A stretch of DNA of 64,000 bases from Camelus ferus (GCF_009834535.1 NC_045698.1:6698001-6762000); one strand, 5' to 3'. Counted from the first letter of the stretch, positions 12,528-24,699 are shown. The notes: generated by a model from the letters alone, not told the origin. Numbers and translations are program-made.

Positions 12528-13010
12528 CAGGTGTGCGGAGCTCTCCCCGTGCCAGTCATCCAGCGCCTGGGGCCCGGAGCAGCTCTGAGGCTCTTCTTCA
12601 GCGCCCGGAGAGGGAAGTCGAGGCAGCGGCTGCCGACCCCCGCCACTTCCACAGAGTCACCCCCAACTCGCTGTGCTCCGTGCTGGCGGCGCCGGCTCGC
12701 GCGCCAGACGCACTGTCCCCGGGCGCACGGCCGGACGGGTGGTGAGCAGGTTCGCGCCCAGCGGGGGCGAAGGGTGAGGAGGCAAAGTTGGGTGCTGAAG
12801 CCGCGGGGATGGGCCACAAGGGCGGGGCCGCCGCTGTGGAGAAGAGGTGGAGGTTAAGGGCCACTGCCGGGCAGGGGCGCAGGCGGCCGGGGGCTGCGAA
12901 GCCCACGCGCGGCAGGAGCACAGCGCGCGGGAGCAGGCGAAGCGAGAGCAGCCGCCGCCGGCGCCGCCTTCCCGGCGAGTAGAGCGGCGCGGGGAGCACA
13001 GGCGGGGAGC
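12528..13010 (-). other. Probable non-coding first exon of an unidentified minus-strand gene (start approximate)
   Basis: Lies just downstream of the GC-box cluster on the minus strand and ends in donor CTG|GTGAGC at 12527. No recognisable CDS. Confidence 0.6.
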
Positions 13011-13023
13011 GCGAAGCCGCCTC

Positions 13024-13059
13024 GCCCCGCCCCCGCCCCGCCCCGGCCCCGCCCCCGCC
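13024..13059 (-). promoter_or_regulatory. Tandem GC boxes (Sp/KLF) with G-quadruplex potential
   Basis: GCCCCGCCCCCGCCCCGCCCCGGCCCCGCCCCCGCC gives six runs of at least 4 G on the minus strand and several GGGCGG. Confidence 0.8.
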
Positions 13060-13350
13060 GCCGCACCGCCTCCTCCCCTTCCCCGCCCGGGTGAAACCCG
13101 AGCGCCCCACCCCGCGCCTGACCTCCCTGGGCCCCTCCCCCGACACCGCCCCTTCCCCGGACCAGACCCCCTCCGCTCCCGGGGGGTCCCCTGGACTCCA
13201 GGAGCCCCACTCCTTCCTCTTCAGTGCGAGTGAGCACGAGCCTGGACTTTCGGGGACTCCCTTCCCCTAGCCTCGCAGAGACCTTCAGTGGCTCCCCGCC
13301 CCCCGTCCCGCCGCACAGACGTGGCTGCTGGGGGGGGCCAGGGGGTGCGG

Positions 13351-13421
13351 TATAAAGGGCGGGAGGCAGCGCGGGCGAGACCCGAGACGTGGCGCGTCCA
13401 CTCTGATGGCCTCGACTCCAG
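13351..13421 (+). promoter_or_regulatory. TATA box and candidate first exon of a divergent plus-strand transcript
   Basis: TATAAAGG at 13351 is an isolated AT motif in GC-rich sequence. Donor CAG|GTACGT at 13422, about 40 nt after the expected start. Confidence 0.5.
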
Positions 13422-15159
13422 GTACGTGCGTGTCCTCCGGCGGAATCCGGTCGTGTGGTGGGGGTGGGCAGGGACAGCCGGGTCCTCCCGACTCCAAGTT
13501 TGTGATTTTGTTCTTTTTGAGTGACATCCTCTTACGTGCTCTGAGCTGGAAACTTCTCAAAGACCGAGGAAGCTGCTGCGGGTTCTTAGAGGAGCAATTT
13601 GGGGGTGCACCTCCAGGCTAGGTCGGGTCAATTTCAGCAGAGTTAAATTAGAGAAATTTAACGGGGAGGCAGGTCAGGGGGTCCTCAAGTAGCCACGCTG
13701 AGCGTTGAGAGAGGAGCCCCCAGACGGACAAAGTCAGCTTCTCCGATTACAGGGCAAATGTTACTTGTTGCACTTTTGTTGTGTCTTTCAACTTTATCGA
13801 GCAAGTACTCAGGGGAAATGATTTGTAATTGGAAAGCAAAGTACTTTTCAAGACTCCTAGAATTTGATACTTTGTTGAAAAACTTCCATATGGAACCTTG
13901 AAGGGCCGCGCCTGACCTTTTCCTTCTGGATGGGGATGGGGGACAGTCTCTCTGGGCCCTTTTTCTCCATCTTGGCCTCAGAGGATGGCTTTCAAGTTTC
14001 CCTTGCATTAGGAAACTCATTAACTCCCCTACCACTGCCATCTTACTGCAGTGACATACGGAACCCTTATGGCCCACTGTCACATAATCGCTCCAGAGCC
14101 AGCGCTGGGTTCTTGGGATTGGTGGTGCTGGGAATGGCCCAGTGTGCCCATAACTGTGCCATCAGCTCATCTCTGAAGCAGAGACTCCATCACTGGCTGC
14201 GAGGTGTCATGGCTCCTGCAGTAGCCAGGCACATCCAAGAAAAGGACAATACAAATTGAAATGGATGTGTCTTTATTTTCTGGAAGTATTTTTTTAATGA
14301 AAGAATTAAAGGAAAGCAGTTCTGCAGGTTTCCATGGAAGCTCAGCCCAGCCTCAGGTCTCCAGTTTCTCTGTAGCACCGGTGATGGAGCTGCTGTGGGT
14401 ACTCAAGGCCTCACTCGGATTTCCTTTAAGACGTCCACAGGAAATGTCTGTGGCTGGGCGGGCCCCTGAGCGGCATTCTTCCCTGGGTTGTGCTGGGGGC
14501 ACTCCGCCTGGTGCCTGGCAGCCGCCTGGCTCCTGGGGCCTTAATGAAAAGCTTAACACTTCTCCTCTGTGCTTGGCACGTGGAGCACTAGCTCCATTCC
14601 TGACGTTCCAGGTCTACCGCCTACGTGGCAGAGAGGCCCAGGAGCCAGCGCTCCTCCTGGGAGGAGGAAGCTCTAGTTGGTCTCAGCCAAGGTCTAGTGG
14701 GGCTGCTCCTGGGGAGGGGGAGAGTGGGGGAGGACATTGCCTTACACTTGACCTTGCAGTTCTTGGATGAGTGGGTAGACCTGTGGAGCCTCCAGCCACC
14801 AGGGCAAAGGGAGATGAAAATTAGGACCCAAGTGTGTCTGGCTCCTTGAGCTTACCCCTTGACACTCCAGTTAAAGGCATGTACACTTGCAGAAAAATCC
14901 TCGGCGTGTAGAGAGCTAAGCAGTGGGAAGAAAATAGCTTTCTACGCCGTAACCCAGGAGGGCTGATAACATGACATTTAACTCAGTAAGTTATGTAACT
15001 TTACGTGCATGTTGCAGGGTTGGGGGGGGGAGTCAATTTTACAGGCAGTTTAGAGGCTCCACTGAAGCATTTTTAAAATATGTATTTTTAGTGATAATGA
15101 TTTACTAATTAATAATAAGAAAGAGTAGGAGAAACCAAATAATCATTTAGGGTACATCC

Positions 15160-15377
15160 TTAGTTTGAAGTGAAACTCAAACTGTCATGATTTTGCCTTG
15201 TGACCTGGAGAAAGTTCCTGAACTTTTCTGAGCTGTAGTCTCTTCCCCAGGAGCTTAAATAAACCTGCTGGCACATGTGTCCTTTGTCAGCATTAAAGGA
15301 AAAAGAAGGTGGCGTTAAGTGAACTGCTCACCCAGGGCCCAGCACGAAAGTAGGCTCTCGACAACTCAGCTTATTAA
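15160..15377 (+). mobile_element. MIR SINE
   Basis: TGTGACCTGGAGAAAGTTCCTGAACTTTTCTGAGC core and a CCCAGCACGAAAGTAGGCTCTC...TTATT tail. Confidence 0.7.
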
Positions 15378-16412
15378 CATAGAATCCACAGGTGTTTTCT
15401 TTTTCCAAATGAAATTTCTGGGGTTTTTTCCTTTGAAAAGTCTTTGCTCCCTGAAGAACTCCTGACATTGTCACTTCTCATCACATTCAAAACTAGAGGT
15501 GATCATTTCAAAACCAAACTGTCTGGTTCTCTTCTTTTAAAAATAATATCATAACTGTGTTAAACCTATGCTGTATTAGGTTAGCCATGCAGACCACATA
15601 AAAGACTGAGAAAACTGACCAAACATTTGGTGAAAATGATGAATCCTGGGGCGCTGATTCATGTGATTTGAAAAACGCCATCCATTTCCTGATTCACCTC
15701 AACTTCTGTGCTGAAATGCGAAGGATCTCTTATGTCTCCAAAATAAGTAACTGATTTTGTCTTGTCTTTACTTCCCTCCCTTGTGCTTGAATTTTAGCCA
15801 TGTGGTTAAACTGCCCCCTCAGAGGAGAGTAGCAGGGAGGGCGCTGCTGGATGCTGGATGCTCCCAGAAGAGATCCCGATGCTGCTGTGGCTCGCAAGTG
15901 ACCTTAAAAGGAACCCTTGCCATGTGTGAGCCTTAGGATGCAACGAGCTTGTATTAATATCCTGAAAAACCTCAGCCCGGAAAGCGTGGTTCTGGATGTT
16001 TACATCTTAACTGGATTTTCCTACCAGAGAGCCAGGGCACATTACAGTTTTCATCCTCAAGTATTCTCTTTTCAGTCCTGTTTTTCTTCTTTTATATCCA
16101 TGGCATCCAAGAATTGACAAAAAAGTGCTAGATCATCTGATCGACCCCATCAGTTGTTTTCTTAACATGGCCAGACATAGGTAAAAAGATATGTCATTTT
16201 ATGCCCCACTCAAATTGCCTAGTCCTATTTCTTGTTCATGTATTTTAAGTCTTTGGAAGACCCATGGTTATGGTTACAGGTGACACTGTGCTGCTCCCCA
16301 AGGTTTGGACAGATGAAGAATCACCAAGAGGGCTGAGTTCAGGGACTCATCAGCTCTTCCCTGCATCCCTTGAGCTCCACCAGAAACTCTTTAGGGTTTT
16401 TTTTTCACCCAG

Positions 16413-16460
16413 GAAATGCTCACCCCACTTTTAGTGCAGCAGCCCACTGTCCTGGCAGAG
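16413..16460 (+). other. Candidate 48-bp internal exon of the divergent transcript
   Basis: Strong acceptor TTTTTTTTTCACCCAG|G and strong donor GAG|GTAAGC. Confidence 0.4.
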
Positions 16461-17869
16461 GTAAGCAGACCAGGTTTGTTCCAAAAGAGCAGCCCAGAAA
16501 CTAGGACAGAATAGAAAGAAAATAGTACGGCACATCTGAGAATGAGCATTAATAAGCATGGGACAAACCGCAGGTTCTTGGAACTTAAATGGAAGGACCA
16601 GGTCAACCACAAGGACACCAGCAGCCTGCCAGTCGGTGCATGGGACAATCCATCTTGTCCCCTTCTCCAAAGTCTGAGTTTCCACCTGAGTCCATCCAGG
16701 GCCCACTTCTGGCTTCCCGGGTCTGGTCAGGGGAACACGCTCTGCCACTCCTGGTTGTTCCGTGCAGGATGGCACAGAGTGACTTGGCCCTGGCCCCATC
16801 CGGGTGAGATCTGCTCACCTATGAGCTCTCCTGAACTCACTCCACAAGTGAAAGCCCCCTTCCCAGACCTCACAGCCACGTTGAAGGGAGCAGCCTACTT
16901 AAAATCCACCCACTAGGAACCACAGCGCAAACTCAAGGATACAACAGCCAGAGCATATATTCAACAAGAAATGCTGACTTATTTTTGACTTAGAAAAGTT
17001 GCATAATTAACCTCACTTTTAGGAAGGGCCTATTAATAAAAGACATTGTTATTTTACTTCAGCTATGTATCCAGAAGGTCAAAGTAGTCTAGAAATCTGA
17101 GTGTATTTTTTCCTTGTGTTTATGGTTAAATTTCTAGATATATTTTTCTAGCAACCCAGTTTCCTTAAAATAAAATAATATGCTCAAAATACCTCAAGTC
17201 ATCTCTTTTTAAGTGTGGTATGGGGAGAAGAAAAAAATGCCAAGTGTAGAAGATTTTTGGAATTTCTAGAGGAAATGCAAATGACTTGCAGCATGGAGAT
17301 AAAGCATTTGTATGGTTTCCTGAGAGTAATTTTCTGACTTTGAGCGCTGTGTATACCTTGAGTATCTATAAGCAAAGAATAGATGTACTTTAAAAAAAAT
17401 ATGTTTAATACTTATTATTGTCCTCTCTGTTCTTCTGTCTTTGGAAATAGAGCTTTGGGGGAAAATAAATATGTTTAGAAATATATTTTCAAAAGTAATG
17501 CTGATCCTACGTGGATTTAGAAACACAGATTCGTCTGTCTTAGTGTATTCCATCATTTACCAGGGAGATTAACACATAATGACCTTGAGTTCAATGAAAA
17601 GAATATCTTCTAAGTGAAATTAAACCAATAGGCAAAGTGTCTCCTGAAGCAAATCAGCTGGAAGATGAGCTGTCAAGGCTGCTGTCACCCGTCTGCCAAA
17701 TCTCATTTCAGACCCTCCTTTCCAGTCCCATAGTTGTCCCCTTAATTCAGAATGTCAACTTCTCTCACCGAAAATACCAATGCCTCCTCTTACTGGTCCC
17801 CCTGTCACCCCCGGGTCTGTATCACTACATCCCAGTCATCATCTGCAAACAGCAACCCCCCACCCCCAT

Positions 17870-18354
17870 CCTTAATAACACAGACCTCCTGATTGTATTT
17901 AAATTGCAATCTGCCTGGCTTTGAAAGAGAATTTTTTTCTTGCACCCAGGTTTGACCATGGAACTTAGCCATGACGAATAAGATGTAAGTCCACAGGATT
18001 CCAGGAGAGGTTTCATAAAAGGGGGCAACAACTAACTGGGCATGGTCTTTCCAGCCCTTCCCTCCCACTTCCAGATTCCTGCCTGAAACCTGATGGTGAT
18101 AGTTGAAATTTCAGCCACCATCTTGGACTTGGAAAGTAACTTTGGGATATAAGCCATGAGCTAAGGATAGTAGAGCTGAAGAAAAAAAAAAAAAAAAGAA
18201 AAAAAGAAAAACCTCAACCTTATGGAGACTCCTTATCAGCCCAGGAGTGCTACCTCCAGATTTCATAACATGAAAAAGTAAGAACCTTCCCTTTTGTTTT
18301 ATCCATCACGGTTTCTGTTCTGGTTTTAGCAGACGAATGTGATTCCTAACTGAC
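17870..18354 (+). mobile_element. ERVL-MaLR solo LTR (MLT1J/K-like)
   Basis: CAGCCACCATCTTG...GCTAAGGAT..AGAGC...CTACCTCCAGA...TCCTAACTGACA terminus, with an internal poly(A) expansion at 18182-18210. Confidence 0.78.
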
Positions 18355-18459
18355 AAGGCTGTAAGATGCTTCCAGATCCAGCATCGCTGCAGGTTCCTGT
18401 GTCAGCATTACCAGCCGTGCGTCTCCTTCTCTCCCTCCCTGCCTCCCACTCTGCTTTCC

Positions 18460-18780
18460 TGCCTTCAACACAGTTTTTTGCCCCACGTGTGCTGGGCACT
18501 CACTACACCGTTAACAGTAGAACGGAGAGCAGCATAGCCAACGCCTGCCTTTTCGGGAATGACAGCCTGTCGGGGAAGGTAGGGGTCAATGACTGATCTC
18601 ACAAGCATGTCAGCGAAAGCTCTGCTAGAAGCTATGAAAGACAAGTTTAGGGGTGTCTGGCTTAGTCTGGGGAGTCAGAACAGGCAGCATTGGAAAGGCG
18701 GCATTTGAGCCAACATTGGAAGGTGAGTTGTGACCAACGAGAAAATAGGGGAAGAGAGTAAGATTTCAGGGGAGACCAGA
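18460..18780 (-). mobile_element. LINE-2 3' fragment
   Basis: CACGTGTGCTGGGCAC...TAGTCTGGGGAGTCAG...GGCATTTGAGC matches reverse L2. Confidence 0.7.
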
Positions 18781-18789
18781 AATGTTTAA

Positions 18790-21700
18790 CTTTAGAAGTT
18801 AACTTATACACACTCGTTAAAATATCAAGGATAGTTAATAGTAATTGCAAAAGAATAGCCATGGGTACAATCTTCTAAAACAGTAGAGAGGAAGAAAAGA
18901 TGAAATAAAGACAACGTGCTCAGTCCACTAGAAGGCTGGAAGGGGAAAGAAGACAAATGGAAAGAAGCTGCAGACAGAGAAGAACTAGAAATTAAGTAAA
19001 TATATAAAATCCAGTTATATCAGACAGCACAATAACACAAAGGGAAAAAACATACCAGGCAGATATAAGTCAGAAGAAAGCTAGTCTACAAATATGTCAG
19101 AAACACAGATTTTTAGACTAAACTTTTTCAGTAAAAATATTCACTATCTGAAAAATAGTGAATTCAGTCCATTAGGAAATGCAAATATGTATATAACTAA
19201 CAAAGAAGTTTCAAAATGTAACAAATAAAAATCTACAGAATTGTGAGGAAAACTGGCAAATTCAGCCATTGATCTCACACATTTCTCTCACTAATTGATA
19301 GATTCACAGGGAAAAAATAGTATGAATTTAGATATCCTGAGAAAAACGATTAACAAGGTTATTCTAATGGATGTATCAAATTCTCATGCAATATCTACAA
19401 ATCTTAAGCAAGTCTGGGGCCATAAAGCAAGCCTCAATGAACTCTGAATAGTTAGTACCATTCAATTAGGTTATAAATTAATAATTTTAAAAATAATTTA
19501 GAAAACTTCACATTTGTTGATTGTTAGCCACATTTCTAATAACACATGTGACAAAGGAGACACAATGGAAGTCAGAAAAATTCATATGTAATATAAAAAT
19601 AGAATATATAAAACTTATGTGATGTAGCTAAAGTCATATATGCAGAGAAATTTAGCCTTAAATACTTATATTAGGAAAGAAGCAGTGACATATTCTTCCA
19701 GCTTTACTGAGACAAAAGTTTAAGTTTATATAAGTTTAAGGTGTACAGTGTAATCATTTGACTTACATACATCATAAAAAGATTGTCACAAGTTTAGTGA
19801 ACATTCATCTCACATAGTTACAAAATAAAAGAAATAGAAAAAAAATTTTTTGTGATGAGAACTCTTAAGAAGGACTGAAATTAACAATCTACATGTCCAT
19901 CTCAAAAACCCAGAAATAGAACAGAGCAAGGGAAATAACGTAGTTAATATTGCATATTAATGAAGTAGGCCATAAAGATACAATAGGGAGAATGGACAAA
20001 CCAAAGCTGTTATTAAAAATCATAAAATATTAATAAAATAGAAATAGACACATCTCTGACCAGATACATAACTCACTAGAAAAATTTAGCTTCGGAAAAC
20101 TAAAGGAGAAATGAAAACTCTAAAAACACGTGACTAGTAAAACTGAGTCAGTAAACACTTCAACAAGAGCAAACAGGTCTGCATGGTTTTCTAGGAAGAT
20201 TCTCAAATATTCAAGACACAATTTCTATCTTATGAAAGTTATTCCAGTGAATAGAAAAGTCATAGGCCAAAACTCCCCAAAATTCAAGGATGTTTTATCA
20301 TTAGAAAATATACCAATATAAATTAGCTCATCAGCAGAATAAATAAGAAAAACTGTATGATCATTTTAATAACTATATAATGCGCTTTGATAAAATTCAA
20401 CATGTATTTATCATTTAAAAAACCTCTTAGCTATTAGACAAGTAATAGAAGACCATTTACCTAATCCAGTAGACTATCTACAAAAAAAAATCAACAAAAA
20501 CTTGACATTTAATTGTGAAAAGTTGGAGATACTTACTTCACTTGAAAGAGAAGATTAAGACAAGTACACACATATCAACACTTGCATTCAACACAGAAAC
20601 AATGGTTGAAAAGAAAGGAACAAACTTTAAACTGCAGACCAAATAAGTGTCTCCAGTAAAACCGCTTAAGAACATCTACAAATAACTAATTAGAACAAAG
20701 AGAAAAGCACTGCAAGTTTGCTAGGTAGAATCTCAACACACAAATCAATTGTGTTCCCATAAACCAGCAGCAAATATGAGAAAATATAATTCAGAAAAGA
20801 TAACATTAACCAAAAAAAAAAAGTGATTTGTTCCCTAAGAATAACATTGGCAAAAGATTTGTTGAACTTTAGTGGAAAACTTAGGAAACTGAATTTAAAG
20901 GTTCTAAAGAAGACTTAAATGAGTCCTACCTCACAGCTTTGTGTGGGATGATGCAGTATGCAATATCTTATGTGACATATTCATTTAGAAATGTTCATGC
21001 TCCCCAAATTCATCCTTAAATACAATGTGGATCAAATCAGGATCTCAACTGTCTGTATGGACCTTAAGTAGATCCTAAGATATATGAGCAAGGCAAGAGC
21101 CCACATTTAAGGGTAGTTAAGGAATTTTTGTAAAAATGAACATGGTAGGTTGGAGTCATAAGACATCAATACTGTTCATAAAGCTGGAGCAGTTTTGACA
21201 CTGAGATACTGGCACAGGGTAGACAAAGAGAACAGTAGAACAGAGCGCCCGTACATGGATTCCCCACGTACGCCATTTTTGCCATGTGACAAAGGGACTC
21301 ATTGGGGGAGACATGGGACTCAAATGGGTCTAAGACAATTGACTATCCTGATCTAAAAACACTGAATTAGATACTTCCTTCAAGCCATTCATAGAAATAA
21401 CTTCAAAGCAGATTAAAGCCAAAGTGAAAAACAAAACATTAAACCATTTAAGAAAACATATAAGCATCTACCTATATGACCTCTGGGTAAGAGAACAGTT
21501 GTATCAAAATGAGATACAAAGACCAGCCCAAAAAGAAAAAGAAAAAAAATCAATACAGCAAACAACATTAAAATTTAGAACTTTCATATGACAAAATACA
21601 ACTTAAAGCGAACCATAGCCTGGGAGAATGTTCAGTGCATACAAATGACAAAAGATAGTAGGCAGAATATGTTTTCCAACTCCTACCAATCCACTGGAGA

Positions 21701-22310
21701 GGGAGGAAGCAGTAGAAAAATGTGCAAATGAAACAGGAAGCTCAATGGCAAATAAACATAAGGCTAGAATACAACCTTCCTAATAATCATGGAAATTTAA
21801 AGCAAGATGGCACCATGTCAAACCAATCAGACTGGCAATAATGGAAAAGTCTGGCAGTACCAACTGTTATCAGATATTGGCAAGGGGAACTTTAGAGGTG
21901 TAAATTGGCACAATCACTTGGGAAGGCATTTTGGCCACTCTTACAAAGTTGAGAATTTACATCACACACAGCCCAGTTGGCAAAGCTGCAGAGGACCTGT
22001 AGCATACTGCCAATAAAGTTTTAAAACCAAAAATCCTATCTGTATAATGTATGGACATTTACACAGTAGGCAAATAGCACAGAAATGATAAGCCCTAAAT
22101 TCCCGTCTAGGGAGGGTGGGGAGCAGGGAGATTGTGGAAAGATAAACAAAGGACACCAACTTTATCTGTGATTCTGTTTTCCGTTAAAAATAATAAAATA
22201 TGAAGCAAATATTGAGAAACGTTAAGATTGGGCAAAGCTGGTTTGGTGGGTGTTTGTTAGATTATTATCCTTTTCTGTCTGCTGACAAGAGTTCATAATT
22301 CAATAAAGAA
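18790..22310 (+). mobile_element. Ancient decayed LINE-1 (L1M/L1ME-like), ORF2 through 3' UTR
   Basis: A-rich sense strand with collinear L1 landmarks: GGCCATAAAGCAAGCCTCAAT, GTGATGTAGCTAAAG, TTTGATAAAATTCAACAT, CACAAATCAATTGTGTTCC, GATACTGGCACAGGGTAGACAAA, GTGTAAATTGGCACAATCACTTGGG. No intact ORF. Confidence 0.88.
19690..19870 (-). mobile_element. Short L1MA-like 3' end nested in the older L1
   Basis: CAGCTTTACTGAGA...TAAGTTTAAGGTGTACA...ACATAGTTAC...TTTTGTGATGAGAACTCTTAAGA, opposite in orientation to the host L1. Confidence 0.8.
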
Positions 22311-22324
22311 GGTTAATGGGAAGT

Positions 22325-23340
22325 AAGGAAGTACAGGCAGTAGGCAAAGAAAGCTCATTAGAGCGGTTTTGTCCTGAAGAGGAACAAAAAGACTGGCAGC
22401 AGCTGGAGAGATGTGTGCACAGAGGACTATTTTTCAAAGTGGGTCACTCGAATCATGTGTACATTGATTAAAATTCTTTCATAGACAGAGAGAAACTGAC
22501 TATGTAGTAGAGGAAGCAGGACAGCCCCAGGGACAAAGCCCTTGGAAAGAAAAGGGACAATAGAGTTTGTTTGGGGAGAGCTGGAATTTGTCTTAGCCTT
22601 GTCAGAGGAGAGAGGACAGGGAGGGACCAGGCCCAGGCAGGGGTGGCGGTTTCACTGCTACAGCTGAGGGCCTTTGGTTTTCCTAATGAAGTACGATGTC
22701 AGGTCCGGTGGGGAGTAAGTAGAGGGCAGGAGGTTCAGAGAAGAGGAGCTATGAAGTAGACGTCTTGGAAATCAGGAACGCAGACTGGACTCTCCACGCT
22801 GCACTGAGCGGCCAGCTGAAGTTTGTGGTCGTCATCCTGAAATGAACCCCATCCACATGCCAGTGGGATTTTCTCCAGCAAAGTTCAGCAACTCAGTCAC
22901 GTGTGTGGAGGAGGCCGATGGGTTGAGTCCAACCAGGAGATGGTTTCTCCAAGCAACGGAGAAAGAGCAAAGCAGGAAAACTGAAAATGCTCACAAGGAG
23001 ATGACTTTATGGATGGCTGTGCAAGGAGGACGTGGGGACAGGAATGACACTGGTGTCAGTGGACTAGAGGACAAGATGAGGTCAAGGAATCACTACAAGG
23101 GATCCCATTGAGAGGGAAGCAGAAGGGGTTATTATGGGGGAACGGGAGGTTGCAGAGGGGCAGTGCACCAGGGTGTGTCCATGGCGATGGGGCGGAGGTG
23201 AAGGTAGTGGTTGTTGATGGTGGGGAAGACGGACGGGTTCTGAACCAGAAGGTCTTAGATGTGGGATCAGTGTAGATGCTGACATCACCAAGAGGAGTCT
23301 TCAGTGAATGAAGCCAGGTGACCCAGGCAGGTCAACTGAT
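22325..23340 (-). mobile_element. LINE-2 internal fragment
   Basis: Purine-rich reverse L2 ORF2 text: GGCAGCAGCTGGAG...TAGACAGAGAGAAACTGA...TTTTCCTAATGAAGTA...GATGCTGACATCACCAAG. Confidence 0.72.
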
Positions 23341-23364
23341 CACCGCCATGAGAAAAGGACACTC

Positions 23365-23500
23365 ACTACCTCATTCGTTTTACAGAGCTCGAAAATGTGG
23401 TTCAGAGAGAATGAGCCTCTATGAAGTAACTCACAAATGAATAACCAGAGGAACCCAGAAGTGTTGGGCTCCGAACTCCATACTCTTTCTGCTATACTGA
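23365..23500 (-). mobile_element. MIR SINE fragment
   Basis: TTTTACAGAG...GGTTCAGAGAG...GAACCCAG...TACTCTTTCTGCTATAC. Confidence 0.6.
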
Positions 23501-23589
23501 ACTCCTTGTACAAGTCTCAACACAGTAAGCTTGAATAATTGTACCATGGAATTTGATGTTAATCTCTAGTTAACCTCTTCTGGAAGGGG

Positions 23590-23768
23590 CTGGTCATCAG
23601 CATCCTTAACCAGCGCTACCAGTCAGAAATATCTGAGGAGTCTCTCAACATACACAAGCCAGGCTGACCCTCAACCCACAGAATTTGTCTCTACGGGGTG
23701 AGTTCAGACCTGTGATTTTGAAAACGCTCCCCAGATGAGTCTGAAACACAGCCTAGTTAACCATTGAC
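23590..23768. mobile_element. hAT-Charlie MITE (MER5-like)
   Basis: TCAGAAATATCTGAGGAG...CTCCCCAGATGAGTCTGA...AACCATTG resembles MER5A/B. Confidence 0.6.
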
Positions 23769-24118
23769 TCAGGTTATTGTCGGTACAAAAGCTCTCTAAA
23801 GCGTGAATGGTTCTGACAGTCCTGAAGAGGAAATGATCCAACCGAACATGGTCTGGAGTACCCAGTCGTGTTTTTCTATCCATCTCTGTTTCTGGAGTTC
23901 TTGCTCTGAGTATCTTATGTATCGAGAGACATGTTTTTCTGTTCAGAACCTTGTGTAATCAGAGCAGATTCTTAATATTTGCTCATCTTGCCCAAAGATT
24001 CATTAAAATATCAACTTTCATCAATTGATTTCTATAAAATATTTTGCTTATGTATAATATCCCCTGCAAAACGTTTGCTACCTGGTTGATTACTTTAGAG
24101 ATTGCCTATATTATGGAA

Positions 24119-24171
24119 GTCTCTCTCCCTGTCTTTCTGCCTCTGTCTCTGTCTCTGTCTCTCTGTCTCTC
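24119..24171. repeat. (CT)/(CTCTGT)n simple repeat
   Basis: Directly visible. Confidence 0.85.
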
Positions 24172-24699
24172 ACAGACACACAACTTTTCTCTTCTAGGAT
24201 CAGATTTAGCAGCTTTGTTCATGAGTCAGCGTGCCTTCAGCAGGATATGAACTGAGAAAGGAATCCCCGTTGAGTAGCACCAAGACCATTTGACTATTGT
24301 TTCTCTCCCTCTACCCTAAATTCTCAGCTCAGCCAGCACAGACATGATTATTTAATTATGCAACCGTAAGAACTGCAACAATATCCATTTGACTTTTCCC
24401 TACCCCCAGGAGGTGATCTCAGCCCTACTCACCCCGGGGAAACACGTCAGGATCTTGGGTGGATAAGGAAATGGCCTGTAGGTACCTTGTTCCCAGAAAA
24501 TTGTGCCCTGTCTTACAGCCTCCACCAAACCAAACACTGCTGCCCTCTCTGAACGGGCTGGACTGTCTCCTGTTTCACTCCCCAGAGCCTCATGCATGGT
24601 GCAGAGATTCACCCATGTATGGTGACTGCACCAGTGAAGTCACAAACATCTGAGGCTTCAGCCAAGGGTCTTCCAGTGTGTTTTTCATGTATCAGTAGC

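Larger units (their letters stand above)
11500..13540. promoter_or_regulatory. CpG island, probably a bidirectional promoter
   Basis: Very GC- and CpG-rich against CpG-depleted flanks. Contains GC boxes, splice donors on both strands and a TATA box. Confidence 0.93.

Noticed and set aside
12341..13010. Assigning a gene symbol to the island gene
   Set aside because: Only the architecture suggests candidates. No CDS is present and I do not recognise the UTR sequence.
11540..13621. Many overlapping Arg/Gly/Pro-rich ORFs in the CpG island
   Set aside because: Stop codons are scarce in GC-rich DNA, and no protein family is recognisable.
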